DNA of 64,000 bases from Octopus sinensis (taxonomy: Eukaryota), in the NCBI RefSeq assembly GCF_006345805.1, contig NC_043008.1, positions 18,104,001 through 18,168,000 of the forward strand, read 5' to 3'. The translations under genes and the position numbers were made by a program. The notes below the pieces were generated by a model. It had not been told where the DNA came from. It did not search any database and was given only the letters and a program-made list of their open reading frames with translations. Numbering within the stretch: position 1 is the stretch's first letter; each line of letters opens with the position of its first letter. Shown in pieces: positions 11,980-25,554 of the stretch.

Positions 11980-12905
11980 ACTGAATAGTGCTTGAATAGA
12001 GATTGCGATTCTATATATGTGGTTGGCGCAAAATCACTGATACTTCTAGCTACAGACGTCTGTCATTGACAAGGAAGGACTAAATCACGTATTCTGGTAC
12101 TCCTGTCACTGATAGCACCCGATTATCTTCCGGTAGTAATGTAAAACACGAGTGCTTATATGCACCACATATCCATATGAGAGTTTTTCTCATGGCAACA
12201 AGCGCGGTATTTTGTGTTCGAACAGAACATTCACTGTAAGTGGGGATATTACCTATTATATTAATATTTAAATTACAGAATTTTAAAATCGGTGGAATTA
12301 GATAAGTCACAATTTACTTATTATAAACAAAAAAAAACGGACCAATAATTTTACAATCATTTATTATTAACAGGATATAACTTAAAATGTATACCTTAAT
12401 TTGGCATTATTCTTTTATGTAAGATCTGTCAAAATATGTTGTCTAATTAAAAAGCGAATCTAATGAGAAAACGCTGTGTCTCTAACAATTCAAAATTTTC
12501 ATCACTAAATCAGTAAATTTTGGTAAACGAGAAAGAAACTAAAGCATCTACCAGAGCAATAGTGTTTGCAGGTATTTGTCTTGGAAATAACATAGAATTA
12601 CGAAAACACTTAAGCTCTGTGTCCATGTACAAACCCATGCAGACACACACGTATTTTTAATGCTCCATCTAAAAGGGAATTTATTATTCTCTATACGTGC
12701 GCGCGAGTGAGTGTGTGTGTCTCAGTCTGTGTCTTTGTGTTCGAGGCGTGTAAATTCTTAGATTAGAAAAATTTTAATTTTCTGGATTGGTTGGGAAATC
12801 TCACGATTGAACGAATAAGAATTATTCGAAACAATAACGGCATCTCAGCAAAGAATTCACACACATCTGTATATACATACATTACATACTATATATATAT
12901 TTATA

Positions 12906-14720
12906 TGATTGATTGATTGATTGATTCTAGTTTCAGCTTATGAGCTGTGGCCATGCTGGGGCACCGCCATTTGGTGTTGCTACTTGGTTTCACTTCATGG
13001 AGGCTTTCTAGCAACTGCTATTTGGTGCATGAGAGAGTTCGATGCAGCTGCTCTCATCTGCCCCTCCTGCCGTGAAGTTGGTTCATCTGGGACACCTGAC
13101 AGGAAGAGATCCAGCTTCATTTTAAAGACATCTGTATCCACCCCATGCAGGTCTCTCAGGTTCTTCGGGAGGATATTGAAGAGCTGTGGGCCTCGGAAGC
13201 CCAGGCTATCACAGAATCTTGTCCTACATCTTGATGGTAGGTTTGGAGTCCTAGGCACCACGCAGTGGCGCCCAGTTCTGGCATTTGCGTAACTCTCGAT
13301 GCCAAAGTTCAGGACACTTCCCTCCAGGATCTTCCAGATGTATATTATGGCATATCTTTCCCGCCTACGCTCCAGGGAATATAATTTTAATCTCTTGAGT
13401 CTTTCCCAGTAGCTTACATTCTGCATAGAGGCTATCTTCTTTGTGTAGCTTCGTTGGATCGCCTCAAGTTCTGTGATCAACTTGACACTGGATGGTGACC
13501 ATAGCTGAGAGCAATAGTCAAAGTGGCTTAGGACAAGTGTCTTCCAGAGGACCATCATGGTTTCTTGTTCTCTTGTTCTAAAGGTTCTAAGAATCCATCC
13601 AGCCAGCCGTCTACATTTCATTGTCAGTTTAGCAACATGTACATGAAAGGTCGCGTCATCACTCATGTGAATACCCAGGTCACGCACTGATTGTGCTTCT
13701 GGGATTGCAATCCCTCCGGGTCCAGTGTATTCATTGTGTATTGCATTCAGTTTTGCATGCTGATAGTATAAAGCTTGAAACTTTCCAGCATTGAACTGCA
13801 TGCTATTCTTTTCAGCCCACTTGTATATTTCGTCCAGCTCACATTGCAGGTGTTTAGTGTCCTCAGGGTTCTGTATTGCCTGTGAAACTTTTGTATCATC
13901 TGCATAACTTGTGATCGTGGCTCTCTGCGTGGCTGAGGGCATGTCTGAGAGGGCCATTATGAACAGTAGTGGTCCCAGAACAGTGCCCTGCGGAACACCG
14001 CTCACTATTTGTGTGTTAATGGAGGTGGCCCCATTGGCTACTACCACCTGACTTCTATCCTTCAGAAAGTCATGAAGCCATTCTCCCAGTTTTCCAACTA
14101 TGTTGAGATCACGCAGTTTGTGACATATCATTCCATGATCGACTTTATCAAAGGCCTTTGCAAAGTCGAGATATATCACTTCCACATTTGAGTGGTTGAG
14201 CAGCCGTTTCAGCACCCAGTCATAGTGTTGTAGGAGCTGAGTTAAACAGCTTCTCCCCGGTCGGAAACCATGTTGGGTGTCGGGCAGCAAGTCATTCTCT
14301 TCAAGGAAGGTGATCAGCTTCCTTCTGACTATTCGTTCCATGACCTTGCTGATGTGTGAGGTCAGAGAGATAGGTCTATAGTTCTTGGCTTCCGCTCTGC
14401 TACCTCATTTATGAATGGGGCATATTTTACCTTCCTTCAGTTTTCCCGGAAGTTTGCCAGCTGCAAGGAAGCTCTGAAAGAGGAACTGCAGTGGTCTTGC
14501 TAGGACTCTCTTACATGCTTTTAGGAGGATTGCCGGGAATCCATCGGGGCCAGTCGCTGAGTCTGTTTTCATTTCATCTATAGCCTTGGTTACATCGTCT
14601 TCCTTTATATCGATGTAATCTATCGTCGCCGCCTCTGATTTTATATCTGCAGTGGTAAAAAAGTCAGTTGGATTGGTGATTTGGAGATGCCCAAGGGGTG
14701 GAGTGAAAACACTCTTGAAT
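12906..14720 (-). mobile_element. 5'-truncated CR1-like (Jockey/CR1 group) LINE
   Basis: RT-containing ORF, short 3' UTR with a stem-loop, (AATC)n tail at 12906-12926; truncated at FKSVFT. Confidence 0.9.
12995..14720 (-). pseudogene. CR1-like reverse transcriptase (C-terminal part of ORF2)
   Basis: TGPDGFP, PIHK*G (single TGA at 14405-14407), NYRPISLTSHISKVME, QHGFRPGRSC, YLDFAKAFDKV, SGVPQGTVLGPLLF, YADD, RDLG, YSLERRRER. Confidence 0.93.
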
Positions 14721-14759
14721 TATTTGAATTATGAAAACACTCTTGAAAACACTCTTGAA

Positions 14760-15361
14760 TATACATACATACATATATATTTATATACATACATACTTAT
14801 ATATATATTTATATACATACATACATATATATATATTTATATACATACATATATATATATTTATATACATACATACATATATATATATATGTATATACAT
14901 ATATATATATATATATTTATATACATACATATATATATATATATTTATATACATACATATATATATATATTTATATACATACATATATATATATATTTAT
15001 ATACATATATATATATATATTTATATACATACATACATATATTATATATATTTATATACATATATATATATACATGAATATATATATACATACATATATA
15101 TATATATTTATATACATATATATATATATATTTATATACATACATACATATATATATATTTATATACATACATATATATATATTTATATACATACATACA
15201 TATCTATATTTATATACATACAACATATATATATATAATATATATATATATATATTATATATATATACATACATACATATATATATTATATACATACATA
15301 CATATATATATACATACATACATACATATCTATATTTATATACATACATATATTTATATAC

Positions 15362-15414
<53 letters not shown>

Positions 15415-15431
15415 TATATACACACACAAAG

Positions 15432-15466
<35 letters not shown>

Positions 15467-15520
15467 AACACACATATTTATATGTGCGTGTGTGTGTGTG
15501 TGTGCGTGTGTGTGTGTGTG
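14760..15520. repeat. Compound (TA)n/(TACA)n minisatellite followed by (CA)n/(TG)n
   Basis: Repeated ATATATATTTATATACATACATAC-type units. Confidence 0.9.
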
Positions 15521-16410
15521 AATGTCTGCGCAGTAATAACAGGAATATCGTGAAATTTGCGCATTTACAGAATATCATTATACTTATTCACACACGTATG
15601 TAATTTGACTTAAGCAATAACATGGATTTCAGGATTTTGTAGGAAATATAAATTTGTAAATTTCTTATCTTTTCTTCCCCAAAAAAGTAATTTTTCATAG
15701 CCTACCTCTAACAAATTTTTTGACATAACACCAAATAAATGTCATTAGATAAAATAACTTCAATTTAAGAAAAAAGCTGTAGATAAAATACGTAAAGGGC
15801 AATATTTAGCAGATAGAGAAAGGTGAAATCTGAAATATATTAAACAGATGTATTGTGGTTGACTTAAATCTCGTAGGACACATAAGCATTGAAAGAATTT
15901 TGTTCAGTTATCCAGTAAACGTTTGCCACTATCATTAGTGTTTTTTTTTTATTTGAAATATCACCTTTAAGTGGGACATGTTTATTGCTGCTTATATATT
16001 TTCCTACGATAATATATTTGCAGCTTTATATGTTTCACTTGTGTCAAGACGATCTGATCGAAATCCTCGGCTGTTCTCTACATTCATCATAAAGAAGTGA
16101 AAATGAAATACATTTAATAACACCTTCTCGCAAATATTCATTTTTATTAAGTGTCACTCTTTAAAAAATAGCTCCGAGAAGAATCAGCTATTTTTCTTCC
16201 AAGTGAGTGGGGACCATTCTGTTACTCTTTCTGCAATAAGTTTATGTTGCTGCGTGTGTTGGTGTGTGTACGTATATGGGTGCATGTACGTACACTGCTT
16301 GATTCAAAATTTTGCTTGCAATTTGTGATAAATCCAATGTGACTAATTTCCCATTTCATGCTATCGATGCTGACCAAGAGAAAAGACGCGATATGAAAGC
16401 AGTGCTAGTG

Positions 16411-16725
16411 AAGGCGTGTGGCTTAGTGGTTAGGGGCATTCGGCTCATGATCATAAGGTCCTGAGTTCAATTCTCGGCGACGCGTTGTGTCCTTGAGCAA
16501 GACACTTTATTTCAAGTTGCTCCAGTCCACTCAGCTGGCAAAAATGAGTAGTACCTGTATTGTAGTACCTTGTCACACTTTGTGTAACGCTGTATCTTCC
16601 CGAGGACTACATTAAGGGTACACGTGTTTGTGGAGTGCTCAGCCACTTGCACATCAATTTCACGAGCAAGCTGTTCCATTGATCGTATCAGCTGGGGCCC
16701 TCGTTGTCGCAACCGACGGAGTGCT
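16411..16725 (+). mobile_element. SINE-C (tRNA-derived, V-domain-like core)
   Basis: TGGCTTAGTGG A-box, GAGTTCAATTC B-box, then GTGTCCTTGAGCAAGACACTTTATTTCAAGTTGCTCCAGTCCACTCAGCTG, which resembles the V-SINE central domain. Confidence 0.75.
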
Positions 16726-17863
16726 CCTTTTACTAGTTGAGAATTGTGTTGTTGACGGCTTAGGCTTATATAAGGCAAAGAACAGATATCACAAGTTCTT
16801 CTATTCGACATTCTTACACCGCCACGAATCTACCGCCCTCCATTCGTACTTTTACATTGACCTTGATAGAATGTAATGCAATTCTGACTTCGGTGGCACT
16901 TTGGGCCAGAGCACAATGATTCAAAACAAACACCGGGAGACATACTATTTAACACGCTGTTGATTCTACCAGTGCGCCACCATTTTAGAGTGTACGCGTT
17001 TATATATATTACAGACATCAAATTTGGATTATTTTATTTATGATTTGCAATGAGGTCTGAAAAGTGTAATATCTTCTGCTTGAATGTGTCGAGAGGACAG
17101 AAAAATCTTTTTATCTTGGTTGCACTTAACCAGACTGGAACCAATGCGATAAAAACACTTCTATCTTTGCAGCTCTCAAACGAAGAAAAAGTGTTTAAAT
17201 CTATATTGATCTTTCCTTGTATCGGCGAATAAACTCACCATTTCCGTTTTTTTCTGTGATTTTCTGTCTATACACGGTTGCTCTATTCTACGCACAAAAC
17301 GGCTAAGAGAATTTTGAATCAACTAGACTAAGAGGCCGGAATAACAAAATTAACCGATAGTTCTGCCATATTTAAGATCATGCCTTCAAGTGATCCGTTT
17401 AAGTTATTGAAAGACACATAGTATATGTATTCAAGTAAAATGTTGTTTACGATTTAACCGTAGTGTTATGTTGCAATTTGAAATATTGCTTTCTGATAGT
17501 GTAATAATTGACAAAATTACTTATACTTTGGTAAGGAAGAACTGAGAGTATATCATTAATATGTTTAGCAAAGCTAAATGTTGTATGAGAATGAAATGAC
17601 TAGCAACTGTGAATCAAAGGGTCAATCACTTGGAAATAATTGTTTTAAATTTAGGCACAAACACGCAATTCTAACGGATGAAAATTAGACGATTAATCCC
17701 AGAGGGTTGAACAGCAAATTCTACCTCGAATTCATTGAATCTCAGAACATAGGCAGCAAATACACTAAATCGTTTAGTCCAACGTGCTACCGATTTTGTC
17801 AATACATTTCCCTTGTGGTTCTGGAATAATATCACAAATTGAAGATAGATTATTTGTTATTCG

Positions 17864-18021
17864 CAGGAGTGGCTGTGTGGTAAGTAGCTTGTTTACCAAC
17901 CACATGGTTCCGGGTTCAGTCCCACTGCGTGGCACCTTGGGCAAGTGTCTTCTGCTATAGCCCCGGGCCGACCAAAGCCTTGTGAGTGGATCTGGTAGAC
18001 GGAAACTGAAAGAAGCCCGTC

Positions 18022-18070
<49 letters not shown>

Positions 18071-18285
18071 GTGTGTGTGTGTGTGTGTGTGTTTGTGTGT
18101 CTGTGTTTCTCCCCCTAGCATTGCTTGACAACCGATGCTGTTTGGTAAAAGAGACCGATAGAATAAGTACTGGGCTTACGAAAGAATAAGTCCCGGGGTC
18201 GAGTTGCTCGATTAAAGGTGGTGCTCCAGCATGGCTGCAGTCAAATGACTGACACAAGAAAAAGAGTAAAAAAAGAGAGAGAGTA
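17864..18285 (+). mobile_element. SINE-B full-length copy with internal microsatellite
   Basis: A-box TGGCTGTGTGG, B-box GGTTCAGTCCC, internal (TA)n(TG)n, tail GGTGCTCCAGCATGGCTGCAGTCAAATGACTGA..AAAGAG repeats. Confidence 0.9.
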
Positions 18286-18802
18286 GTACCCAATGTGAAG
18301 TCTCCAGTACCAACATAGCAGTTAACCTTGATTGTACGATAGTCAAACATAGAGACAGAAACATTAAGCGAAGGGTAAATTCCCTGTAGTATGACCCCCA
18401 CCATTCGAGAGTAGTGAGTAACCCATGTCTTGTCTATAAGTATACTAACGTCTGTATTTTATTTTCGTTGTGATATTTAATTGATTCAGCACTAATTGAA
18501 CAAGCCATTTATTTTTTTAATAGATATATTTCAATGTGACGGATAGCCTCTATTTGTTAAGGTATAATGTAAGAAGTACTAAAGTAACCTGCATACACAG
18601 TTGCTGCCTCTTTGAGACAATAAACCTGGGGTTGGGGAGGAATGGTTTGAGAAAAGCAAGTTGTGTGCTTATGTAGCAGCTTCTCTCATCGACAAGTGAT
18701 GTGTGTATACCAGTTCAATTAGAATTTGGCTTGCTGACGGTGATAAATAGTGTTGCTAATACTAAATCATTATAGTGTTCCAATTTCCCGATCAAATAAA
18801 CA

Positions 18803-18804
<2 letters not shown>

Positions 18805-18847
<43 letters not shown>

Positions 18848-19030
18848 GCATATATATATATGCATGTATATATATATATATGCATATATATATATGCATG
18901 TATATATATATATATATCTATATATATATATATGTATATATGCATATATATATATATATATATATATATGCATATATATATGCATCTATATATATATATA
19001 TATATATATATATGCATATATATATATGCA

Positions 19031-19065
<35 letters not shown>

Positions 19066-19068
19066 GCA

Positions 19069-19112
<44 letters not shown>

Positions 19113-19188
19113 TATATATATATATATATGCATCAATATATATGTGTAACTGTGATTCTGTACAGATGTACAACTTTACATGTATATT

Positions 19189-19246
<58 letters not shown>

Positions 19247-19260
19247 ATATACATATATAC
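18805..19260. repeat. Compound (TA)n/TATGCA microsatellite
   Basis: Low-complexity TA runs interrupted by GC. Confidence 0.9.
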
Positions 19261-20291
19261 ATACATGTCAGTACGTACATTGCGTACGCCTGTATGTATA
19301 CGTTCGTGCGTACGTTTGTATGCTTATGTGGTTGAGCAAATAGCGTACGTTTGTACGTATATGTATGTGTGTGTGTATACGCATGTGTATGCGTTTGTAC
19401 GATTGAGTGCTTCAGTTCTGGGATGAAGTGTAATACTGACAATTCATTTTCCTTTAAACTTCAATCTCCTCGATTCTTCATCATTCCATTTATACTGCCT
19501 TTACATTCATCGTTCCTAGTTTATTGGCTTTTATTAATAAAACATGAAGCTTTTAAGAGCTGTTCCGACTGCTTCCAATGTCTGATGAATGTCAACAGTG
19601 CGGTTAACGTTCACTCCTTTTGTTTAAATTGACTTTCATGCTTCCGTCGTCATCGTGATGAACTAGACAGCGATTTTATATATCCGTGCCTAATTTTCAT
19701 TTCAAGGAATTGATTAGAGAGTAAAGAGCATGAAGGGAAATAAATTGTGACAGGTCCATACACTATTATATTACAATTGAAATTATTTTCTATAAACATA
19801 CTCAAAATTTTATCAGCTTGTCATTTTTCAAGATTCTCTCGCTTGAACGAAGCAAAGTAAAGCATATTTCCCCGAGATTGTAAATGTAAACAGAAAATTA
19901 TATGTATAGGTGTAGTGTGTATGAGTGTAAGCGTGTATGTTCATATATACAGTAAGACGTGTATGTAAATATATAGAAATTATCAATCTATTTTCGAATT
20001 TTTATATGTTTATTCGCATATGCAACAGCCCCTGTTGCTAACCGTCAACTATAACATTAAATTTTTTCAGCCTTTCTTAATTCTGTACACAGCCTTTTGC
20101 GCCAATAAACCAGTGTTGTTCCTGATAGTGTTTTTTTTATATCTTCTACGGATTGCTTGAAGCTCACTAACTTCCTACACTTTGATACTTGGATCTTACC
20201 TTTACATATCTATCTACCTGTCAGTCTGTCTGTCTGTCTGTCTGTCTCTCTCCTTCTGTCTATGCATGTCTTTTTATCTATCTATATATCA

Positions 20292-20323
<32 letters not shown>

Positions 20324-20506
20324 GTATATATAAGAAAGTGGTGATTGACGATATAAAGTACGTTTCTCAGCATATTGGGATAGGATACTTTTTCTTTTGC
20401 CCTTATTTATAATACATACATACATATATATATATCTATATATCTATTTATATATATATATGCATACACACACACATATATATATATACATACATACATA
20501 TGTATA

Positions 20507-20537
<31 letters not shown>

Positions 20538-20542
20538 CATAC

Positions 20543-20581
<39 letters not shown>

Positions 20582-20640
20582 CATATGTATATATATATAT
20601 ATATATATATACATACATATGTATATATATATATATATAT

Positions 20641-20872
20641 ATTTCTTTACTACCCACAAGGGGCTAAACATAGAGGGGACAAACAAGGACTGACAAATGG
20701 ATTAAGTCTATTACATCGACCCCAGTGCGTAACTGGTACTAATTTATCGACCCCGAAAGGATGAAAGGCAAAGTCGACCTCGGCGGAATTTGAACTCAGA
20801 ATGTAGCGGCAGACGAAATACCGCTAAGCATTTCGTCCGGCGCGATAACGTTTCTGCCAGCTCGCCGCCTTA
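20641..20872 (-). mobile_element. SINE-A monomer inserted in a (TA)n tract
   Basis: Full head-core-tail reverse complement, flanked by TA repeats. Confidence 0.9.
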
Positions 20873-21535
20873 TATATATATAGATAGATAGATAGATAGA
20901 TAGATAGCTCCGTAAAGTTCTGGAAGAATTGGTCCTAAGCCTGAAAAATTAAAATACGAGGTAATAGAAACGCCGGAAAATTCTTGAAATACCGAACCAC
21001 AAGACCTATTAGAGGAAAACTTTGAGCGTCACAAAGCGTGACATCATATTAACACTCACAAATGTTCAAAATGTCTTCTGCGCACTACGTGTCAGCGTTT
21101 TGATCAAGGAATTCAAACTTGTGTGACAATTTGAAGTGTAACTTGGGGGATATCATTCCAAACTATTATCAAGCTGTTTCCGTCCATAGCTTTCTTCCAT
21201 GAGGTTGGGTTCACTCAGAAGCAAATGTCCAATGCTCATTAGTACTACCGCATCGACCTGTATTTGTAATTTCTGTAACTTGGATTGTTTCAGAACTAGA
21301 AATAATACTCTTTTACTCTTTTACTTGTTTCAGTCATCTGACTGCGGCCATGCTGGAGCACCGCCATTATAGTCGAGCAAATCGACCCCAGAGCTTATTC
21401 TTTGTAAGCCGAGTACTTATTCTATCGGTCTCTTTTGCCGAATCACTAAGTTACGGGGACGAAAACACACCAGCATCGGTTGTCAGGCGATGCTGGGTGG
21501 ACAAACAGACACACAAACACACACACATATATTTA

Positions 21536-21735
21536 TAGGGAGAGTTTACAAAAAAAAAAACAAAAGACAAAGACAGATGGTGTACAAAACAAACAGATGT
21601 ATTAGTATAACGCTCAGGAATAGAAAAAGTATTTTACGTTTCGAGCCAACGCTCTTCTACAGAAAAGGACACAGAAAAAATAAGGAGAGAAACAAGGAGA
21701 GAAAAAAGTGTGTGTAGTGGCTTACGATCTACCAA
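21536..21735 (-). mobile_element. Penelope-like terminal (pLTR) fragment
   Basis: Shares ACGCTCAGGAA...ACGTTTCGAGC...GCTCTTC with 28680-28880 and contains a hammerhead-like motif. Confidence 0.6.
21631..21666 (-). ncRNA. Minimal type I hammerhead-like motif with a core variant
   Basis: UUU-CUGUAGA-A-GAGC(GUUG)GCUC-GAAAC-GUA-AAA; A6 is replaced by U. Confidence 0.5.
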
Positions 21736-22223
21736 ATCCGTCTACCAAATCCACTCACAAAGCTTTGGTCGGCCCAAGCCTATAGTAGAAAACACATGCC
21801 CAAGTTGCCACGTAGTGGGACTGAACCCGGATCCATGTTGTTGGTAAACAAGCTACTTACAACATAGCCACTCCTGCGCCTACCACACAGCCACACGCAC
21901 ACACAAACACAAAGTACAGCATTATTTGCCGTGACATAGTATTGATTACCTGATCTTCTGCCATTCTGTTTATTTCATAAATAACGTGTTTTTGTACCTG
22001 ATGAAGTTGGGGATGATTGATATTTCAGCTCCTATATAAATCTCTATAGGTGGTTCTCTTGTAAAAATTGATGATTATGTCCTCTTCCTTTGTAAATTGA
22101 GTTAGGAAATCCATTAACAACGATATGCATTATGACTAGGCTGTCATTGGCTAAAGAATATGTGGCCATTATCATTACAGAGTGTATCATATTTTGAGCC
22201 TTCCTCTGCACGAAGAGTTATAG

Positions 22224-22349
22224 GATGAAGATATGCTCTCCATAGCTGAAGAAGGTACGAGACCCGAAGCTGAGGAACAACGTGTTCCTCACCTTCACCA
22301 TTTAAAGTTTTGGTTAACAGATCTAACAGAATGGGGCATACGTGGAGAT
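22224..22349 (+). CDS. Candidate internal coding exon of an unidentified host gene
   Basis: TAG| 126 nt open in phase 0 (DEDMLSIAEEGTRPEAEEQRVPHLHHLKFWLTDLTEWGIRGD) |GTAAGT consensus donor; weak polypyrimidine tract. Confidence 0.45.
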
Positions 22350-22500
22350 GTAAGTATGTGCGAAAGAGCGGTTGAAGAATCGAAAATACCTGGCTTTTAA
22401 ATAACTGTTTTATGTATGTGTGTGTTGGTTTCTCCTGTTCTGCGATTATGTGAATACATACTCATGCATATAACTTATAAACACGCACACATATACACAT

Positions 22501-22564
<64 letters not shown>

Positions 22565-23633
22565 GGATGTGTATATATATATATACACATCAATATATAT
22601 ATATACGTATACATATATATATATACATACACACATATATATACGTGTATATATATGTACATATCTGTATATGTATATATGTATACTATATATATATATA
22701 TATATATATATATGCATATGGAGAGAGAGAAAGATACATATATATATATATGCATATATATGGAAGTGTTTGTGTTTGCATGTATATACCTGTGTATCTG
22801 CATATACATATGAATATGTGTATATATATATATATATATTTATGGGGAAAATATATATTAATATGCTTATAAGTATATGTGAGTACATATGCAAATATGT
22901 TTGTGAGTGTGTGTGTGTGCATGCGCGCACACATATATAAATATTTACAAATATACATACCTACGTGCGTATATATCTATACGTATAGAAGGAAACAAAA
23001 TGTTGAAGAAACACCGTCAGATTAATGACTAGGTTAGTTTTCAGCTCTGCTAGAATTATGTCAGAAAACAAACAGTTTAAACACCTAATTGCTTAGATAT
23101 TAATCTCGATTAAAACATTTGCTTTTTAAATTTATATTAGATTACGTTATGTGTAAGTAAATGGTTCCTCTTTATCAAAGAGAAAGCATTAAAACATTAA
23201 ATTTATATGTTGATTACAACAACATGTAATGAAATTGTAAGAGCGGAAGGAACATTTTCAAAAAATATTTTTTCGTTTAAATTAAAAGAGGAGTGATATA
23301 CCATGAACTGAACAATGGTAATGTTCTTCGATGATGGAATATTTAGATAGACCCTTCTGTTTAACATAACATTGATCTGCATAATGCGGTTAGCATATTT
23401 TTTTTTAAAATTTTGATTCTACTTTGTCATGCTTGCATTAAAAACGAAAGTAGAGGATAAAGATAATGTAATGAAAGCCACAACAGTTTTTACATACATC
23501 AAGTACACATGAATGTATTTCCATATGCACATCATATCCGTAAACGCAAACAAAACACACACGTATATATAAGGAATATATACATATGATATATATACAT
23601 ATGATATATATACATATGATATATATACATATG

Positions 23634-23690
<57 letters not shown>

Positions 23691-23949
23691 CTTTGTGTGT
23701 GTGTATGTACGTATTTGCGTATATATACATGCAAACATGCACGCATAGAGACATTGTCCAGAAATATAGTCTTATACATATATGTTGCTTTATGTTGTCG
23801 TGAAGTTACATACGTTCACACACGTTCCTACATACGACAATATCTATATTTATACCGATTTTGGAACATTCACACATGCTTCCATACATTTATACGTACG
23901 TACATACCTACCTACATTAATCCCTACACCAATATCTGATGAATGACGT

Positions 23950-24130
23950 CAACTCGTGGCTGTGAGACCACTTCTTAAAATCAGTAGGTCCGTACAAACT
24001 TTCGAACAGTCCAAGATGTTCATGTGCATGAATTTGTGTTCAGTGGCCGCAGTGTAGCACAGCACTGAACCAACTGTTCGGCGCAACGAAATATAACACC
24101 AGTGCCACAACTGTTGTTAGGAGGACTAGA
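23950..24130 (+). mobile_element. Highly decayed RTE-clade RT fragment
   Basis: Frameshifted remnants V.VHEF.F and AAV*HSTE resemble RTE (L)FADDAAVAAHTE. Confidence 0.35.
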
Positions 24131-24722
24131 AACCAATTGCCCTTCAGTTTATATGTATGTTATATGTTTATATGTATGTTATCATGAAGGATGTTCTAGC
24201 GTGAAATATGTGTCCTTCACTTCTAGTGAATAAGTTCTCTCTAATTAATGCATAGCTGGGGATATAACAGGTGCCATTACTCCGTGTCAGGGACGACCTA
24301 GGAAATTTTGCACTCTCTTAAGCCACTGGCCAAGAGGTATTTCCACATTCCTTTAAAACCCAGCAACTCACGTACCAGGGTTCATCTAACGGATGCAGTT
24401 TAAAGCTATAACCTGAACATATGAATGCACACCGACATACCAAAATACAGACATGTTTTCCAGGACGAATCAACGTAACTCATGTGACAAGCTAGACCAT
24501 TGAATTCTAGGTGCAATCTGTCCATGGCTTCCAAGCCACTTTGCAGCCATCTTGTATCCACCCTCAACTCTTTCCTCCCATATTCTCACGTTTGCAATAT
24601 TGTGGGATCGAATATGACACCTCAAGTTTGAAAAGCGAAACTTCTTAACAACTCAGCAACGCATACATCCTTATACACACATGTGCATGACGCATGCATA
24701 TACACACACCTACCTATCTACA

Positions 24723-24756
<34 letters not shown>

Positions 24757-25554
24757 CATACATGCATATAGGCATGCGTGCATACATATATACATACATA
24801 CATACATGCATACATACTTATATATACATGCATACATACATACATACATACATACATGCATACATACATATATATACATACATGCATACATACTATATAT
24901 ACATACATGCATACATACATATATATACATACATGCATACATACATACATACATATACATATATGCATAAAAACATACATATAATATTATAATATATATA
25001 ATATATATCTATTAGATATATATATATATATATATATATACATGCATCATCGTTGCTGTTAATGTGAGATGCTCTTAATGTTGGTATTTATGTATGAAAC
25101 ACTTAATGGGAAATCTATTTGATAAGATGATGTTATTAACTTAATTTCGTTTTATTTATGCATTTTCCTCATATCGCTATATATAATTTTAGATCAATCT
25201 CTGCATGATGCTGGATTACTCCAATTTTCTCTCTGGTGTTTCCTTTTACCGGATTTCATTTTGACATTATCCTATGCACTTGCGTTTCAAAGATATTACC
25301 CATATCATCTGATACTGTGGTGGATGTATTAACGAAAAAGTAATATTATTGCTCGGAAAGACACCTAACTGCCGGTTTCAATACTTCGTTGCTTATACAG
25401 CTAATGCACATTTAAAATTTTCCCGTAGATTTTCTAACATATGTTAAATTTGAACAAAATTGAAAGCAGATACGATATGTTTCTCTTAAGACAAATAATC
25501 GATCCAATTTCGAACCTTGAAAAAAACTAAAAATTTTCTGAGGCCACTCTTACA

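Larger units (their letters stand above)
21305..21880 (-). mobile_element. SINE-B copy interrupted by a Penelope-like fragment
   Basis: Tail at 21305-21525, head at 21735-21880, foreign sequence between them. Confidence 0.85.

Noticed and set aside
14652-15603. Long 'ORFs' rich in Y/I/H/T (also at 18.7-19.4, 22.4-23.0, 24.7-25.0, 32.7-33.4, 48-49.7, 55 and 62 kb)
   Set aside because: They are translations of (TA)n/(TACA)n/(GATA)n microsatellites that happen to lack stop codons.
22243-22275. Hammerhead-like string CTGAAGAAGGT..ACCCGAAG inside exon candidate 1
   Set aside because: GAAA is replaced by GAAG with an extra C, and there is no NUH or stem I geometry.
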